This document shows, piece after piece, positions 17,553 through 26,855 of a DNA stretch of 64,000 nt (its first letter is position 1; each line of letters begins with the position of its first letter). Both the position numbers and the translations under genes were made by a program. The stretch lies in the NCBI GenBank assembly GCA_963732345.1, contig CAVSZI010000013.1, positions 32,169 through 96,168 on the forward strand, written 5' to 3'. The DNA is from an uncultured Actinomycetes bacterium (GTDB lineage: Bacteria; Actinomycetota; Actinomycetes; Streptosporangiales; Streptosporangiaceae). Below the pieces are notes generated by a model. The model did not search any database. It saw only the letters and a program-made list of their open reading frames with translations, and was not told where the DNA came from.

Positions 17553-18749
17553 TCACGCCGGCTCGCCGGTGCGCTGATTGTCAGCCCATTCCCGGTACCG
17601 GCGCCGGGCGCCGGCCTGGTCCGCGCCGATCGCCGCGGCGATCTGGTCCCATGTCGCCCCGGCCGTGAGGGCGCCGTGCAGGTAGGCGGTGTCCCGGTAG
17701 TAGGCCGGGTTCGCCGCCCAGCTGTGATCGCACTCGGCGAGCATTTCGCCGAGCTTCAGCATCTCCAGGTAGTCCGCCGCGGTGATCAGCGGCTGGCCGC
17801 CCGGCAGGAACGGCCGGCCCAGTGCGTCCAGGTGCCGCAGGAACAACTGGCCGAACCGTAGCCGCTGCTCCGACAGGTCGTCCGGGCTGGCTGTCTGGTC
17901 CTCGTGGCCCATCATGACGTCCCCGCCCGCCCGGTGGGCCAGATCCCAGAACTCGCTCCCCAGGAAGCCGGTGATCAGGGGCGTGAGCAGGCTCGGTTGG
18001 GTCACCAGCTCGACGTGGCCGCCGTGGTAGACGTGCAGGGTCGCGTGCGGGATGCCCGCGGCCAGGATGCGGCCGTTGGCCACCGGGATGATCGGGTCGT
18101 CGTCGCCGGTCAGCACCAGGGTGCGCTGGCGGATGAGCGGCAGCAGCGGCAGCGTGGTGAACCCCAGCGCGGCGGTGTTCTGGTACAGGTAACCCATGCT
18201 GAGCGGGCTGATCCGCGCCTTGCGCAGGGCGCGCATCAGCGACTCCGGGTCGGTTTTCGCGCTTCCTCCCCACAGGTCGCCATAGCGGCGCAGGACGAGG
18301 TTCTTCACCAGCGGCAGCGGGTTGGGCGGCACCATCGTCTGCGGCCCGGGTGCGGTCGCCACCAGGACCAGCCGCCGGCACAGGCGCGGGTTGAGCAGCG
18401 CGAACTGCTGAGCCAGCCCGCCTCCCCAGGAGATCCCCAGCACGTCGACCTGCTGGTGGCCGAGATTATGCAGCATGTCGCGCAGCAGCAGGGCCAGGGT
18501 GGTGAAACGGTACGGCAGATTGGGCAGCTGGGAGCCGCCGACGCCGGGGGCATCGAAGCGGATCACCTCGATGGCCGGGTCGAGTGCATCCACGAACGGC
18601 CGCAGGGCCTCCAGCCGCATGCCGATGCCGTTGCACAGCAGCAGCGGAGGCCCCGTCCCGGTGCCCGGCCGGATCGCGACCCGCAGCGGCGTCCCGCCCA
18701 CCTGCATGATCTCTTCGCGCACATAGTCATCCCTGACAGGCATGTCCAT
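17553..18749 (-). CDS. PhaZ-like alpha/beta hydrolase (PHA depolymerase family) with C-terminal extension
   Basis: PLLLCNGIGMRLEALRPFVDALDPAIEVIRFDAPGVGGSQLPNLPYRF...VDVLGISWGGGLAQQFAL closely follows the Pseudomonas-type intracellular PHA depolymerase pattern, including the GxSxG box (GISWG). About 120 extra C-terminal residues end in ATWDQIAAAIGADQAGARRRYREWA. Confidence 0.7.
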   Translation of the reverse strand: MDMPVRDDYVREEIMQVGGTPLRVAIRPGTGTGPPLLLCNGIGMRLEALRPFVDALDPAIEVIRFDAPGVGGSQLPNLPYRFTTLALLLRDMLHNLGHQQVDVLGISWGGGLAQQFALLNPRLCRRLVLVATAPGPQTMVPPNPLPLVKNLVLRRYGDLWGGSAKTDPESLMRALRKARISPLSMGYLYQNTAALGFTTLPLLPLIRQRTLVLTGDDDPIIPVANGRILAAGIPHATLHVYHGGHVELVTQPSLLTPLITGFLGSEFWDLAHRAGGDVMMGHEDQTASPDDLSEQRLRFGQLFLRHLDALGRPFLPGGQPLITAADYLEMLKLGEMLAECDHSWAANPAYYRDTAYLHGALTAGATWDQIAAAIGADQAGARRRYREWADNQRTGEPA

Positions 18750-19030
18750 TCCTCCTCGGACACGTCGTGGCTACCGGCGTTTGTGACGGCAGTCACACGG
18801 TTACCGGGATCGTAACCGTGCTCGGGATAGTACGCAATAGGCGAAGTCCACTTAGCGCGACTGGCAGCAGCCCCCGCCTCGCTACTGCAGGCGAGGGCTT
18901 CCCACTATCGCCGCCAGCCAGCAGCGGGCCCGTGGGCCGCACGTTGCCCCTCAGCTGAGCACGCAGCCCCGGTTGCCCCCGAGGGCACCGCCGGCCGGGC
19001 ACGGGCACGGGCGCGCGGATGGCTTGAGTG

Positions 19031-20170
19031 TCAGTTTCGCGATAGCAGGTCGCGGGCGATCAGGGTGGCGGCAGCGGGTGATCCCTTGACGAAACCGAAG
19101 AACGGCCCGAAGTCCTGTGTCGCTGAGAAACCGGTGATGTACAGGCCGGGCAGGCTGGTCTGAAAAGCGTCGTCCAGCACGGGGAAGCCATGGGCCACTT
19201 TGACTTTCCCGAGCACGCCCGCGAGGTAGGGAACCTTGGTGAGGTCGGCCCGGTAACCGGTAGCGAAGACGACGCGGTCGACGGTCAGCCGGGTTGCGTT
19301 GGACAACTGTACCCGCAGCTCACCATGGCTGGCCGGGGTGGCCTGGGCGACTTCGGTTCCGGGCCATCGGGTGATCTCCTCACAGTCCAGCCGGGGGGTT
19401 AGCCAGTGTTCCAGCGTTAGCCTGCCGACTTCCCAAAAACGCCTAGTGATCGCTTCTTGTTCGCTTTGGGGAAGGTTGCGCCAATACCCGCGCGTCCGGA
19501 GCGTCTGCTCGACGTGGGGGTCGACGAATTTCCAGCTCACCCGCTCGAAACGCGGGATGCCGTGGCGGTGGACGATGTCGATGCGCGCGGCGCCGTGCTC
19601 CCGGATCAGCGCGGCCCACTCGTATGCGCTTTGCCTGCCGCCGATGATCAGGACGCGTGCTCCGGCCAGGTCGTCAAAGCGCACCAGATCGCAGGTGTGA
19701 GCGGCCAGTCCTGGCGGCAGCGAGGACACCCAGCCGGGCACGTTGGTGTAGTGGCGGATCCCGGGCGCGGCCACCACCGCGTCCGCGCCGATGCGCTCGC
19801 CGCTTTCAAGCGTTACCTCGAACCGGCCATGTGCCTTGGCCACGGTGCCGGCGAGCTCTTCGCGGACCTCGATTTTCTTCGCCCGCTGGAACCAGTCGGC
19901 GTAGTCCAGGAAGACGCGGACCGGAAGGGGATCGGCCTCACCGGGCTGAATCCCCCGCTCCTCCAGGAACGCTGCCAGCGTGTGAACCGCGGCGCCATCG
20001 AGGTGCCAGTCCGGGCCCGACCGCAAGAACATTCCCGCGGGCATGTTCTGCCGCCAAAAACCCATCGGCCGGCCCAGCACGACAGTATCGATACCGTTCT
20101 GTTGTGCCAGCGCCGCGGCCGACAGCGCGTATGGCCCCGCGCCGATGACGAGCAGTTGCGTCTGCTCCAT
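19031..20170 (-). CDS. FAD/NAD(P)-binding flavin monooxygenase-like oxidoreductase
   Basis: N-terminal LLVIGAGPYALSAAA (FAD GxGxxG/A) and a second dinucleotide site VLIIGGRQSAYEWA, with C-terminal ATGY. Confidence 0.75.
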   Translation of the reverse strand: MEQTQLLVIGAGPYALSAAALAQQNGIDTVVLGRPMGFWRQNMPAGMFLRSGPDWHLDGAAVHTLAAFLEERGIQPGEADPLPVRVFLDYADWFQRAKKIEVREELAGTVAKAHGRFEVTLESGERIGADAVVAAPGIRHYTNVPGWVSSLPPGLAAHTCDLVRFDDLAGARVLIIGGRQSAYEWAALIREHGAARIDIVHRHGIPRFERVSWKFVDPHVEQTLRTRGYWRNLPQSEQEAITRRFWEVGRLTLEHWLTPRLDCEEITRWPGTEVAQATPASHGELRVQLSNATRLTVDRVVFATGYRADLTKVPYLAGVLGKVKVAHGFPVLDDAFQTSLPGLYITGFSATQDFGPFFGFVKGSPAAATLIARDLLSRN

Positions 20171-20850
20171 CAGCTAACCCGCGTCATCCCGGCCGCCCCC
20201 GGTCCCCCATGCAGGCACCCTACACTGGGCTTCCCGGAGAGAACACCCATGATGCTCACTCATGGTTCAGCGGTTGATCTGCCGCCAGCCGCCCGCGTCG
20301 GTGGCAAGTTTGGTGGCGCACCACACGCCGGTGCGGGCGCCGGTCCGAAGTGGATCAGTGGCTTCACTGGCCCGATTACTGAAACTCAGCAGAGATTGCC
20401 GTACGCGCTGGAGCCGGACCGCGCGCAGCATTTCTTTCTGGTCGGGCCGGACCGAGCCCCTCTTGGAACTGCCGCAGGTCAGCAGGCAGTCCGCAGCGAG
20501 CTGGTGGCATAGCGCAGCCCCGGCCGGGGTTCCCTCGACCAGCTGGCGCTCTTCTGAAGACCGGTTTCCCAATACGCCGTCATAGGCTTCCAGGTGATGA
20601 CGCACCAGCGTGCCGTCGACGATGGTGACCCACCACCCGCCTCACTGATCAGTCTGAAGAACGCGCGCGGCTTGTCCCACGCCAGGCCACGTTCAGCCGC
20701 CAGTTCAGCAGGTTCCTGGCGGCCTCGGCAAGCTGGCCGAACGGTCCGGCGTGGGTGACCACCGGGTACTGGCCAGCAGGCAGCACACCTGCCAGGGTCA
20801 CCGGGGCTGCCGCCCCGCGCCGCGCCGGTGGGACAGAGAGGATGTGGCAG

Positions 20851-22066
20851 ATGACCGGCGCCTTGCATGTGGCCTGGGACGAGCGGCTGACCGACTATCA
20901 CTTCGGGCCAGGCCATCCGCTAGCACCGGTGCGGCTGGAGCTGACGATGCGGCTCGCGCACGAGTTCGGGCTGTGGGACCAGCCCGGTGTGACCGTGGCC
21001 GCCCCGGCCCTGGCCACCGACGCAGACCTTGAGCTTGTGCATGAGGCCCGGTATATCGCGGCGGTGCGGACGGTGAGCCGCTGGGCCGAGGACTTTGGTG
21101 CCCGCGGCCTGGAGGCGACCCAGTTCCGCTACGCGCGGACGTTCGGGCTGGCCACCGGGGACAATCCGGTGTTCCCCGGCATGCATGAGGCGTCGGCGGT
21201 GGTGGCCGGGGCGACCCTGGCCGCGGCCCGCGCGGTCTGGTCGGGCGCGGCCGGGCACGGGGCCAGCATCGCGGGCGGGATGCATCACGCCATGGCCCAT
21301 CACGCCAGCGGGTTCGGCGTCTACAACGACCCGGCGATCGCGATCGCCTGGCTGCTGGGACAAGGCGCCGAGCGGGTGGCCTACGTGGACATCGACGCGC
21401 ACCACGGCGACGGGGTGCAGGCCGCGTTCTACGCCGACCCGCGGGTGCTGACGATCAGCCTGCACGAGCACCCGGCGGCCATGTTCCCGTTCACCGGCCT
21501 GCCCGCCGAGACCGGCGGGCCCGGCGCGCAGGGCTCAGCGGTCAATGTCGCGCTGCCCGCCGGGACCGGCGACGCCGGCTGGCTGCGCGCCTTCCACGCG
21601 ATCGTCCCGCCGCTGCTGCGGCAGTTCCGGCCCCAGGTGCTGGTCAGCCAGCACGGGGCCGACACGCACCGGCTCGACCCGCTGGCCAACCTGGAGCTCA
21701 GCATCGACGGGCAGCGCGCCGCCCATGCCGCGATCCACGCCCTCGCCCACGACCTGGCCGGCGGACGCTGGCTGCTCACCGGCGGCGGCGGCTATGACCT
21801 GGTCCACGTCGTACCGCGGACCTGGACGCATCTGCTCGCCGAGGCCGCCGGCCAGCCCATCGGCCCGGCAACGCAGCACCCCCGCCCCGTGGCAGCAGTA
21901 CGTCGCCCAGCGAACCGGCCTGACCGCACCCGGGCACATGACAGACGGGGAACCTGCGGAGTTCGAGCCGTTCGACTCCGGCCACGACCCAGGCCGGCCG
22001 ATCGACCAGGCGATCATCGCCACCCGCAACGCAATCTTCCCCCTGCACGGGCTGACGCCGATGTGA
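20851..22066 (+). pseudogene. acuC: AcuC-type deacetylase (copy 2), single frameshift near 3' end
   Basis: Paralog of 16021..17214 with the same motifs (HHAMAHHASGFGVYNDPAIAIAWLL, DIDAHHGDGVQAAFYADPRVLTISLHE). At the C5 run 21879-21883 the reading must shift by one base. This joins ...GPATQHP to APWQQYVAQRTGLTAPGHMTDGEP...AIFPLHGLTPM, which aligns with the C-terminus of copy 1. Start ATG 20851 lies about 9 nt after GAGAGG. Confidence 0.7.
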
Positions 22067-22321
22067 CCAGGCGGCCGGTCACGCTAGATGCGATTCTTGA
22101 GGAGCGATACCGACATCGAGCCGCGCACGCCGACATTGCGCAGGTATTCCAGGTGATAGGCCGACAAAGTGCGCAGCGCCGAACCGGACACGTCCAGCGG
22201 GCGTTGCGTGCCCGGCCGCAGCCGATGCTGAAAGCGAACGCCCCCGGTTACGATAATGCGGTGCCACAAGGACCTCGGCGGTGGGCGATTTCTCGGGCCG
22301 GCCTCGGGTTAGGGAGCGCGC

Positions 22322-23497
22322 GTGGATCAGCTCAGTCTCGGAGTGATATCGCGATCACGGAAGGAGAACGAGCGGCGGCTCCCCATCCATCCGCTGCACG
22401 TCGAGCGGATTGATGCCGACTTGCGGGAGCGTGTTTATCTCGAGCGCGGCTATGGCGAGCGGTTTGGCGTGCCCGATGAGCAGCTGGCATCGCGCGTGGC
22501 CGGGTTTCGCACCCGTGCGGAACTCCTCTCAGAATGCGATGTCATCCTGCTGCCCAAGCCGCAGCCCCAGGACCTCGCGCAGATGCGGGACGGGCAGGTC
22601 CTGTGGGGCTGGCCGCACTGTGTCCAGGACGAGGAGATCACCCAGCTGAGCATCGAGCGGCGGCTCACCCTGATCGCCTTTGAGGCGATGAACTACTGGG
22701 ATGCCGCTGGCTCGTTCGGCTTGCACGTCTTTCACAAGAACAACGAACTGGCCGGTTACTGCTCGGTGCTGCATGCCCTGGAGCTCATCGGGACGACCGG
22801 TGAATATGGCCGCCGGCTCCGGGCGGCCGTCATCAGCTTCGGGGCCACCGGCCGGGGCGCGGTGACGGCCCTCAACGCGCACGGCGTGAACGACGTCGAC
22901 GTTCTGACCCATCGTGACATCAACGCTGTCGCCTCCCCGATCCACTCGGCGCGCATGGTGCACTTCGAGCAGGACACCGGCGACCCCAGCCGCTGCCACG
23001 TGCTGCGCGGCACCGGCCGGATACCGATGGCGGCCTTCCTCGCAGAGCACGACATCGTGGTCAACTGCGTGCTGCAGGACACCGACGCACCGCTGATGTT
23101 CGTTCCCGCCAGCGACCTGGGCTCGTTCGCGCGCGGCAGCCTCATCGTGGACGTGTCCTGCGACGAGGGCATGGGCTTCGGCTGGGCGCGCCCCACAAGC
23201 CTCGCCGAGCCCCTCGTCATGGTCGGCGATAATGTCTGCTACTACGCCGTGGATCACAGCCCGTCGTACCTGTGGAACTCCGCTACCTGGGAGATAAGCG
23301 AAGCCCTGCTTCCGCTCCTGCGCCCGGTGCTCACCGGCCCTCAGGCGTGGGACGCGAACCAGACGATCCGGCGGGCCATCGAAATCCGCGACGGGATCAT
23401 CCGCAATCCGCGCATCCTGTCTTTCCAGCACCGTTCACCGGATTATCCGCACCCACCGCGCCTGCAGAAACGCCAAGCAGGCCACGACTGGCCCTGA
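22322..23497 (+). CDS. alanine-dehydrogenase/PNT-fold enzyme resembling N5-(carboxyethyl)ornithine synthase
   Basis: GTG start. LSLGVISRSRKENERRLPIHPLHVERID...VISFGATGRGAVTAL (NAD site)...IVVNCVLQD. The pattern recalls the CEOS / saccharopine-dehydrogenase-like family. The assignment is from memory of the family N-terminus. Confidence 0.6.
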   Translation: MDQLSLGVISRSRKENERRLPIHPLHVERIDADLRERVYLERGYGERFGVPDEQLASRVAGFRTRAELLSECDVILLPKPQPQDLAQMRDGQVLWGWPHCVQDEEITQLSIERRLTLIAFEAMNYWDAAGSFGLHVFHKNNELAGYCSVLHALELIGTTGEYGRRLRAAVISFGATGRGAVTALNAHGVNDVDVLTHRDINAVASPIHSARMVHFEQDTGDPSRCHVLRGTGRIPMAAFLAEHDIVVNCVLQDTDAPLMFVPASDLGSFARGSLIVDVSCDEGMGFGWARPTSLAEPLVMVGDNVCYYAVDHSPSYLWNSATWEISEALLPLLRPVLTGPQAWDANQTIRRAIEIRDGIIRNPRILSFQHRSPDYPHPPRLQKRQAGHDWP

Positions 23498-23671
23498 CCG
23501 AAATTGCCGGGCGCAAGCCCCGTCGTTCAGGGCGGGGTTGGCCCGGAAGCTGGGCTAACCGGCGTGCGCGGCCTGAGCCGCGCTGGAGGAATCCCCGTCG
23601 TTCACGGCCGGGAGGACGTCAAGGTGTACTCAGCCCGTTTGCGGGAAGCCTCCGGTAGATGGGGGTGTGAG

Positions 23672-24550
23672 ATGGCAGCCAGGCCAGCGTGGATCTCGGG
23701 CTGGACGGCCCAGCACGTGCGGCATGCCGCCGGAGTGCTTAAGCAGGGCGGGAATCCGGCCGCGCGCGTGTATGAGAGCATCGGGCCGGACTTCTTCCTG
23801 GCGGTGGCGCCGGGCTGGCTGAATCTGGGGCTATGGGAGGGGCCGGGCTCGGAGCGTGAGGCCGAACAGGCCTGCCGCCGGCTGGTCGCGACGCTCGCCT
23901 CAGCCCTGCCCACCGGCGGGGTGATCCTGGATGTGGGGAATGGGCTTGGCACCCAGGACCGCCTGATCGCCGAGACGTCCCGGCCGCGCCGGCTGGTGGC
24001 GGTGAACATCACCGAGTGGCAGCTGACGGCGGGCCGGGACCGGCTCAGGGATGCCGCGGCCGCGCCGGTGGCGGGCGACGCCGCCCGGCTGCCCATCGCC
24101 GGCCAGACCGTGGACGGGATCATCAGCGTGGAGGCAGCCTTCCACTTCCGCTCCCGGAAGGCGTTCTTCGCCGAGTGTTACCGGGTGCTGCGGCCCGGCG
24201 GCGTGCTGAGCATCTCCGACATCTCGGCTCAGCGATGGCCGGTCACTCCCGCCGAGCTGCTGGCCGGCCTGACGCAGTTGCGGGTGTTCGGGCTCCGGCG
24301 CACGATGGCCACCACGGCGGCGCAGATCGCCGCGGAGGCGCGCGCGGCGGGCCTGGCCGAGGTGCAGGTCCGGCGATGCGGCGACCGCGTCATCGCCCCC
24401 GCGCTGCGGCTCACGGCAGAGCGGCTCAAGAACACCACAGCCGCACCCGCCGGGCAGGCCGCCGCCGCTCGCCTGCTGTTGTGGCAGGTCAATCTCCTCT
24501 GGCAACGCCAGATCATCGATTATCTGCTGCTCCGCGCGATCCGCCCGTGA
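23672..24550 (+). CDS. class I SAM-dependent methyltransferase
   Basis: Internal ATG of ORF 23504..24550, after gggggtg. Motif I GGVILDVGNGLG, then DGIISVEAAFHF and LRPGGVLSISD. Confidence 0.7.
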   Translation: MAARPAWISGWTAQHVRHAAGVLKQGGNPAARVYESIGPDFFLAVAPGWLNLGLWEGPGSEREAEQACRRLVATLASALPTGGVILDVGNGLGTQDRLIAETSRPRRLVAVNITEWQLTAGRDRLRDAAAAPVAGDAARLPIAGQTVDGIISVEAAFHFRSRKAFFAECYRVLRPGGVLSISDISAQRWPVTPAELLAGLTQLRVFGLRRTMATTAAQIAAEARAAGLAEVQVRRCGDRVIAPALRLTAERLKNTTAAPAGQAAAARLLLWQVNLLWQRQIIDYLLLRAIRP

Positions 24551-24836
24551 CCAGCCCAGCCGCACGCGACCTCACGCACCTCGCCGGCATCCACGCCCTC
24601 TCCTCCTCGCCGAGTGCCGGTCCAAGACCGCGGCCAGGCCGAGCGCTGCGGGCGGGGTGGTCTTGTCGATCGTGGCCGTCCATTTGGCCATCCGCGGTCC
24701 TGCGCCGTCGTGGGGCCGGGAACGGAACTGGCGCACGGCGACCAGGAGTTACCGCGAGGCCTCCCGCGCGCCGGCTTGCGGCTATCACAAAATACGCTGA
24801 CAGAGTACGCTGACCCACAACGATTGGTAGCGCGGG

Positions 24837-24884
24837 TTTGACGGGTAATGCCCTGATGCTGTATTTGACGGGTATTGCCCTGAT
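24837..24884. promoter_or_regulatory. two 21-bp direct repeats upstream of the PP2C phosphatase gene
   Basis: tttgacgggtaatgccctgat (24837-24857) and tttgacgggtattgccctgat (24864-24884), with one mismatch and a 27-bp period, lie 25 bp upstream of ATG 24909. A second pair, tacgctgac, occurs at 24793 and 24806. Confidence 0.45.
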
Positions 24885-24908
24885 ACGACGTGGCCATCGG
24901 GGAGGGGA

Positions 24909-26222
24909 ATGCCCGGGGAGGTGAACAGGACCGATCTGGCTATGCAGGAAGCAGTCAAGACGGCGACCTCCATGGCCGTGGATCCGTTCCCTGCGGACCA
25001 GTTCGGTGAAGGGTGTCCGGCCGCAGCCGATGCCGCTCCCTCCGCCGCCCACCGCGGTTGGCGCGTTAGCGGGCAGCGCCGGCTCCGCGCGTGGTTCAGC
25101 CGTCGGCGTGAGGAAGCCCCCCTAACTCGGCTAGCTCTGCCCGAGGGAGCGGTCATAGAGCCACCGATTGAGCTGCCTGCCGACGATCCGCTGGCCGACT
25201 ACCTGATGCGCGTGGCGCGGGCTGTCGATGTCCGTGAACTCGGCTTCGAGTCGCCAGCGGTGAAGGCGCTCAAGGACGCCGGCGTTGTGCTGGTCGTCCC
25301 GTTGATCTCGGCTGGCACCCCGATCGGGATGCTCAGTTTGGGGCCACGGCGGTCAGAGCGGGACTACTCGACGGATGATCGCCGCTTGCTGAACTCGCTG
25401 GCCAGGTACGCGGCGCCTGCCATCCGCGTCGGCCAGCTGGTTCGCGAACAGCAGGCTGAGGCCCTGCGGCGCGAGCGGGTCGATCAGCAGCTGAAGGTGG
25501 CCCGGATCATTCAGCATCAGTTCCTGCCCACGGAGCAACCGGACCTGCCTGGCTGGCAGGTCACCGCCTTCTACCGGCCGGCTCTGATGGTGGGCGGAGA
25601 CATTTACGATTTCATTCCGCTATCCGGTGGGCGGGTCATGGTGGTGATCGGCGACGTCACTGACAAGGGCGTCCCCGCGGCGCTGGTAATGGCCAGCACG
25701 CATGCACTGCTGCGCGCCGCGGCGCCGCGGCTGGTCAGCCCGGCGGCCGTCCTGGAAAACGTCAACGACCTGCTGTGCCAGGACACTCCGGCGCACATGT
25801 TCGTCACCTGCCTGGCCCTCGTCCTCGACGCCAGCGGCCAGGTCACGTTCGCCAATGCCGGGCACGACGTGCCCTATGTGCGCACCGCCGGCGGCGTGGC
25901 CGAACTGCGCGCCAAAGGCATGCCGCTCGGGCTCATGCCCGGCATGACCTACGAGGAAAAGAGCTTCACCTTCCGGCCCGGCGACTGTGCTCTGCTGCAC
26001 AGCGATGGGCTGTCCGAGGCCCACGCCGCCGATCGTGAGATGTTCGGCTTCGGCCGCGTCGCCGCGCTCGTCGGCCAGGGCGCCTCGGGGCAGGCTCTGA
26101 TCGACCTGTGCCTGGCCGAGCTCGATGCGTTCACCGGCCCCGGTCATGAGCAGGAAGACGACATCACCCTGCTCTCGCTCGAGCGGACCGCTACTGCCGT
26201 GCATTCTGGCGGTGCAGGATGA
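24909..26222 (+). CDS. PP2C/SpoIIE-family serine phosphatase with N-terminal GAF-like region (RsbU-like)
   Basis: RIIQHQFLP...GWQVTAFYRPALMVGGDIYDF...VVIGDVTDKGVPAALVMA...HSDGLSEA...DDITLLSLER gives SpoIIE/PP2C signatures. The true start may be downstream of 24909. Confidence 0.8.
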   Translation: MPGEVNRTDLAMQEAVKTATSMAVDPFPADQFGEGCPAAADAAPSAAHRGWRVSGQRRLRAWFSRRREEAPLTRLALPEGAVIEPPIELPADDPLADYLMRVARAVDVRELGFESPAVKALKDAGVVLVVPLISAGTPIGMLSLGPRRSERDYSTDDRRLLNSLARYAAPAIRVGQLVREQQAEALRRERVDQQLKVARIIQHQFLPTEQPDLPGWQVTAFYRPALMVGGDIYDFIPLSGGRVMVVIGDVTDKGVPAALVMASTHALLRAAAPRLVSPAAVLENVNDLLCQDTPAHMFVTCLALVLDASGQVTFANAGHDVPYVRTAGGVAELRAKGMPLGLMPGMTYEEKSFTFRPGDCALLHSDGLSEAHAADREMFGFGRVAALVGQGASGQALIDLCLAELDAFTGPGHEQEDDITLLSLERTATAVHSGGAG

Positions 26223-26728
26223 ATTCGGCCGCGCATCCCGCGCCGCGGCGGCTGGCCTCATTCGCACTGGCGAGTGTGCCGGGGAATGAACGGATCGCGC
26301 TGGCCCAGGTCGCCGACAGCGTGGCGCCGCTGAACCTGCCGCCCGACCGGCTGAACAGGCTGAAGACCGCGGTCGCCGAGGCGACGCTGAACGCCATCGA
26401 GCATGGCAATGGCGGCCGCCCGGACCTGACCGTCGGCATTGAGGTCTTCCAGTCGGGCGCCGAGGTCGTCGTCACGATCGCCGACCGCGGCGGCCGCGAC
26501 GACGCGGGCTGGTCTGAAGGCCGCGCCGAAGTGCCCGATCTTGCCCGCAAACTCGTGGGCGAGCAGGGCCCGCGAGGCTGGGGGCTGTTCCTCATCCGGC
26601 ACATGGTCGACGCCATGGAAGTAACAACCGAGGGGGCGCACCGTACCGTCCGGCTCACGATCCAAACCGGTTCTCCCGCAAGGCAGGGACCAGTCAGTGA
26701 CGCCCGCGAGACAGGGGCCAGTCCGTGA
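26219..26728 (+). CDS. anti-sigma-factor-type serine kinase (RsbW/SpoIIAB-like HATPase)
   Basis: ATGA overlap with the phosphatase gene. N-box EATLNAIEHGN, then IADRGGRDD and GPRGWGLFLIRHMVD. Confidence 0.7.
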   Translation: MNSAAHPAPRRLASFALASVPGNERIALAQVADSVAPLNLPPDRLNRLKTAVAEATLNAIEHGNGGRPDLTVGIEVFQSGAEVVVTIADRGGRDDAGWSEGRAEVPDLARKLVGEQGPRGWGLFLIRHMVDAMEVTTEGAHRTVRLTIQTGSPARQGPVSDARETGASP

Positions 26729-26736
26729 CGCCCGCG
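26684..26736. repeat. near-perfect 25-bp direct repeat, 28-bp period
   Basis: cagggaccagtcagtgacgcccgcg (26684-26708) and caggggccagtccgtgacgcccgcg (26712-26736), with 2 mismatches. It spans the stop codon (26726-26728) of the RsbW-like gene. Confidence 0.8.
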
Positions 26737-26855
26737 CGCCGGGGGACGCGGCAGCACACTGCCCGCCCATGAACCGGCTGCCTGCGCAGGCGGGCTTTAC
26801 CGCCCAGGCACCCCCATCCCGGGAAAGCTTAAGACACCTCCAGGGGGAGGATCAG

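Noticed and set aside
20267-20916. Minus-strand ORFs between the monooxygenase and acuC copy 2
   Set aside because: The fragments read in two frames (…RAFFRLISEAGGG / …VTIVDGTLVRHHLEAYDG…), vaguely like a small NTF2/SnoaL-type protein broken by frameshifts. There is not enough to call a gene, so they are mentioned only as decay debris.
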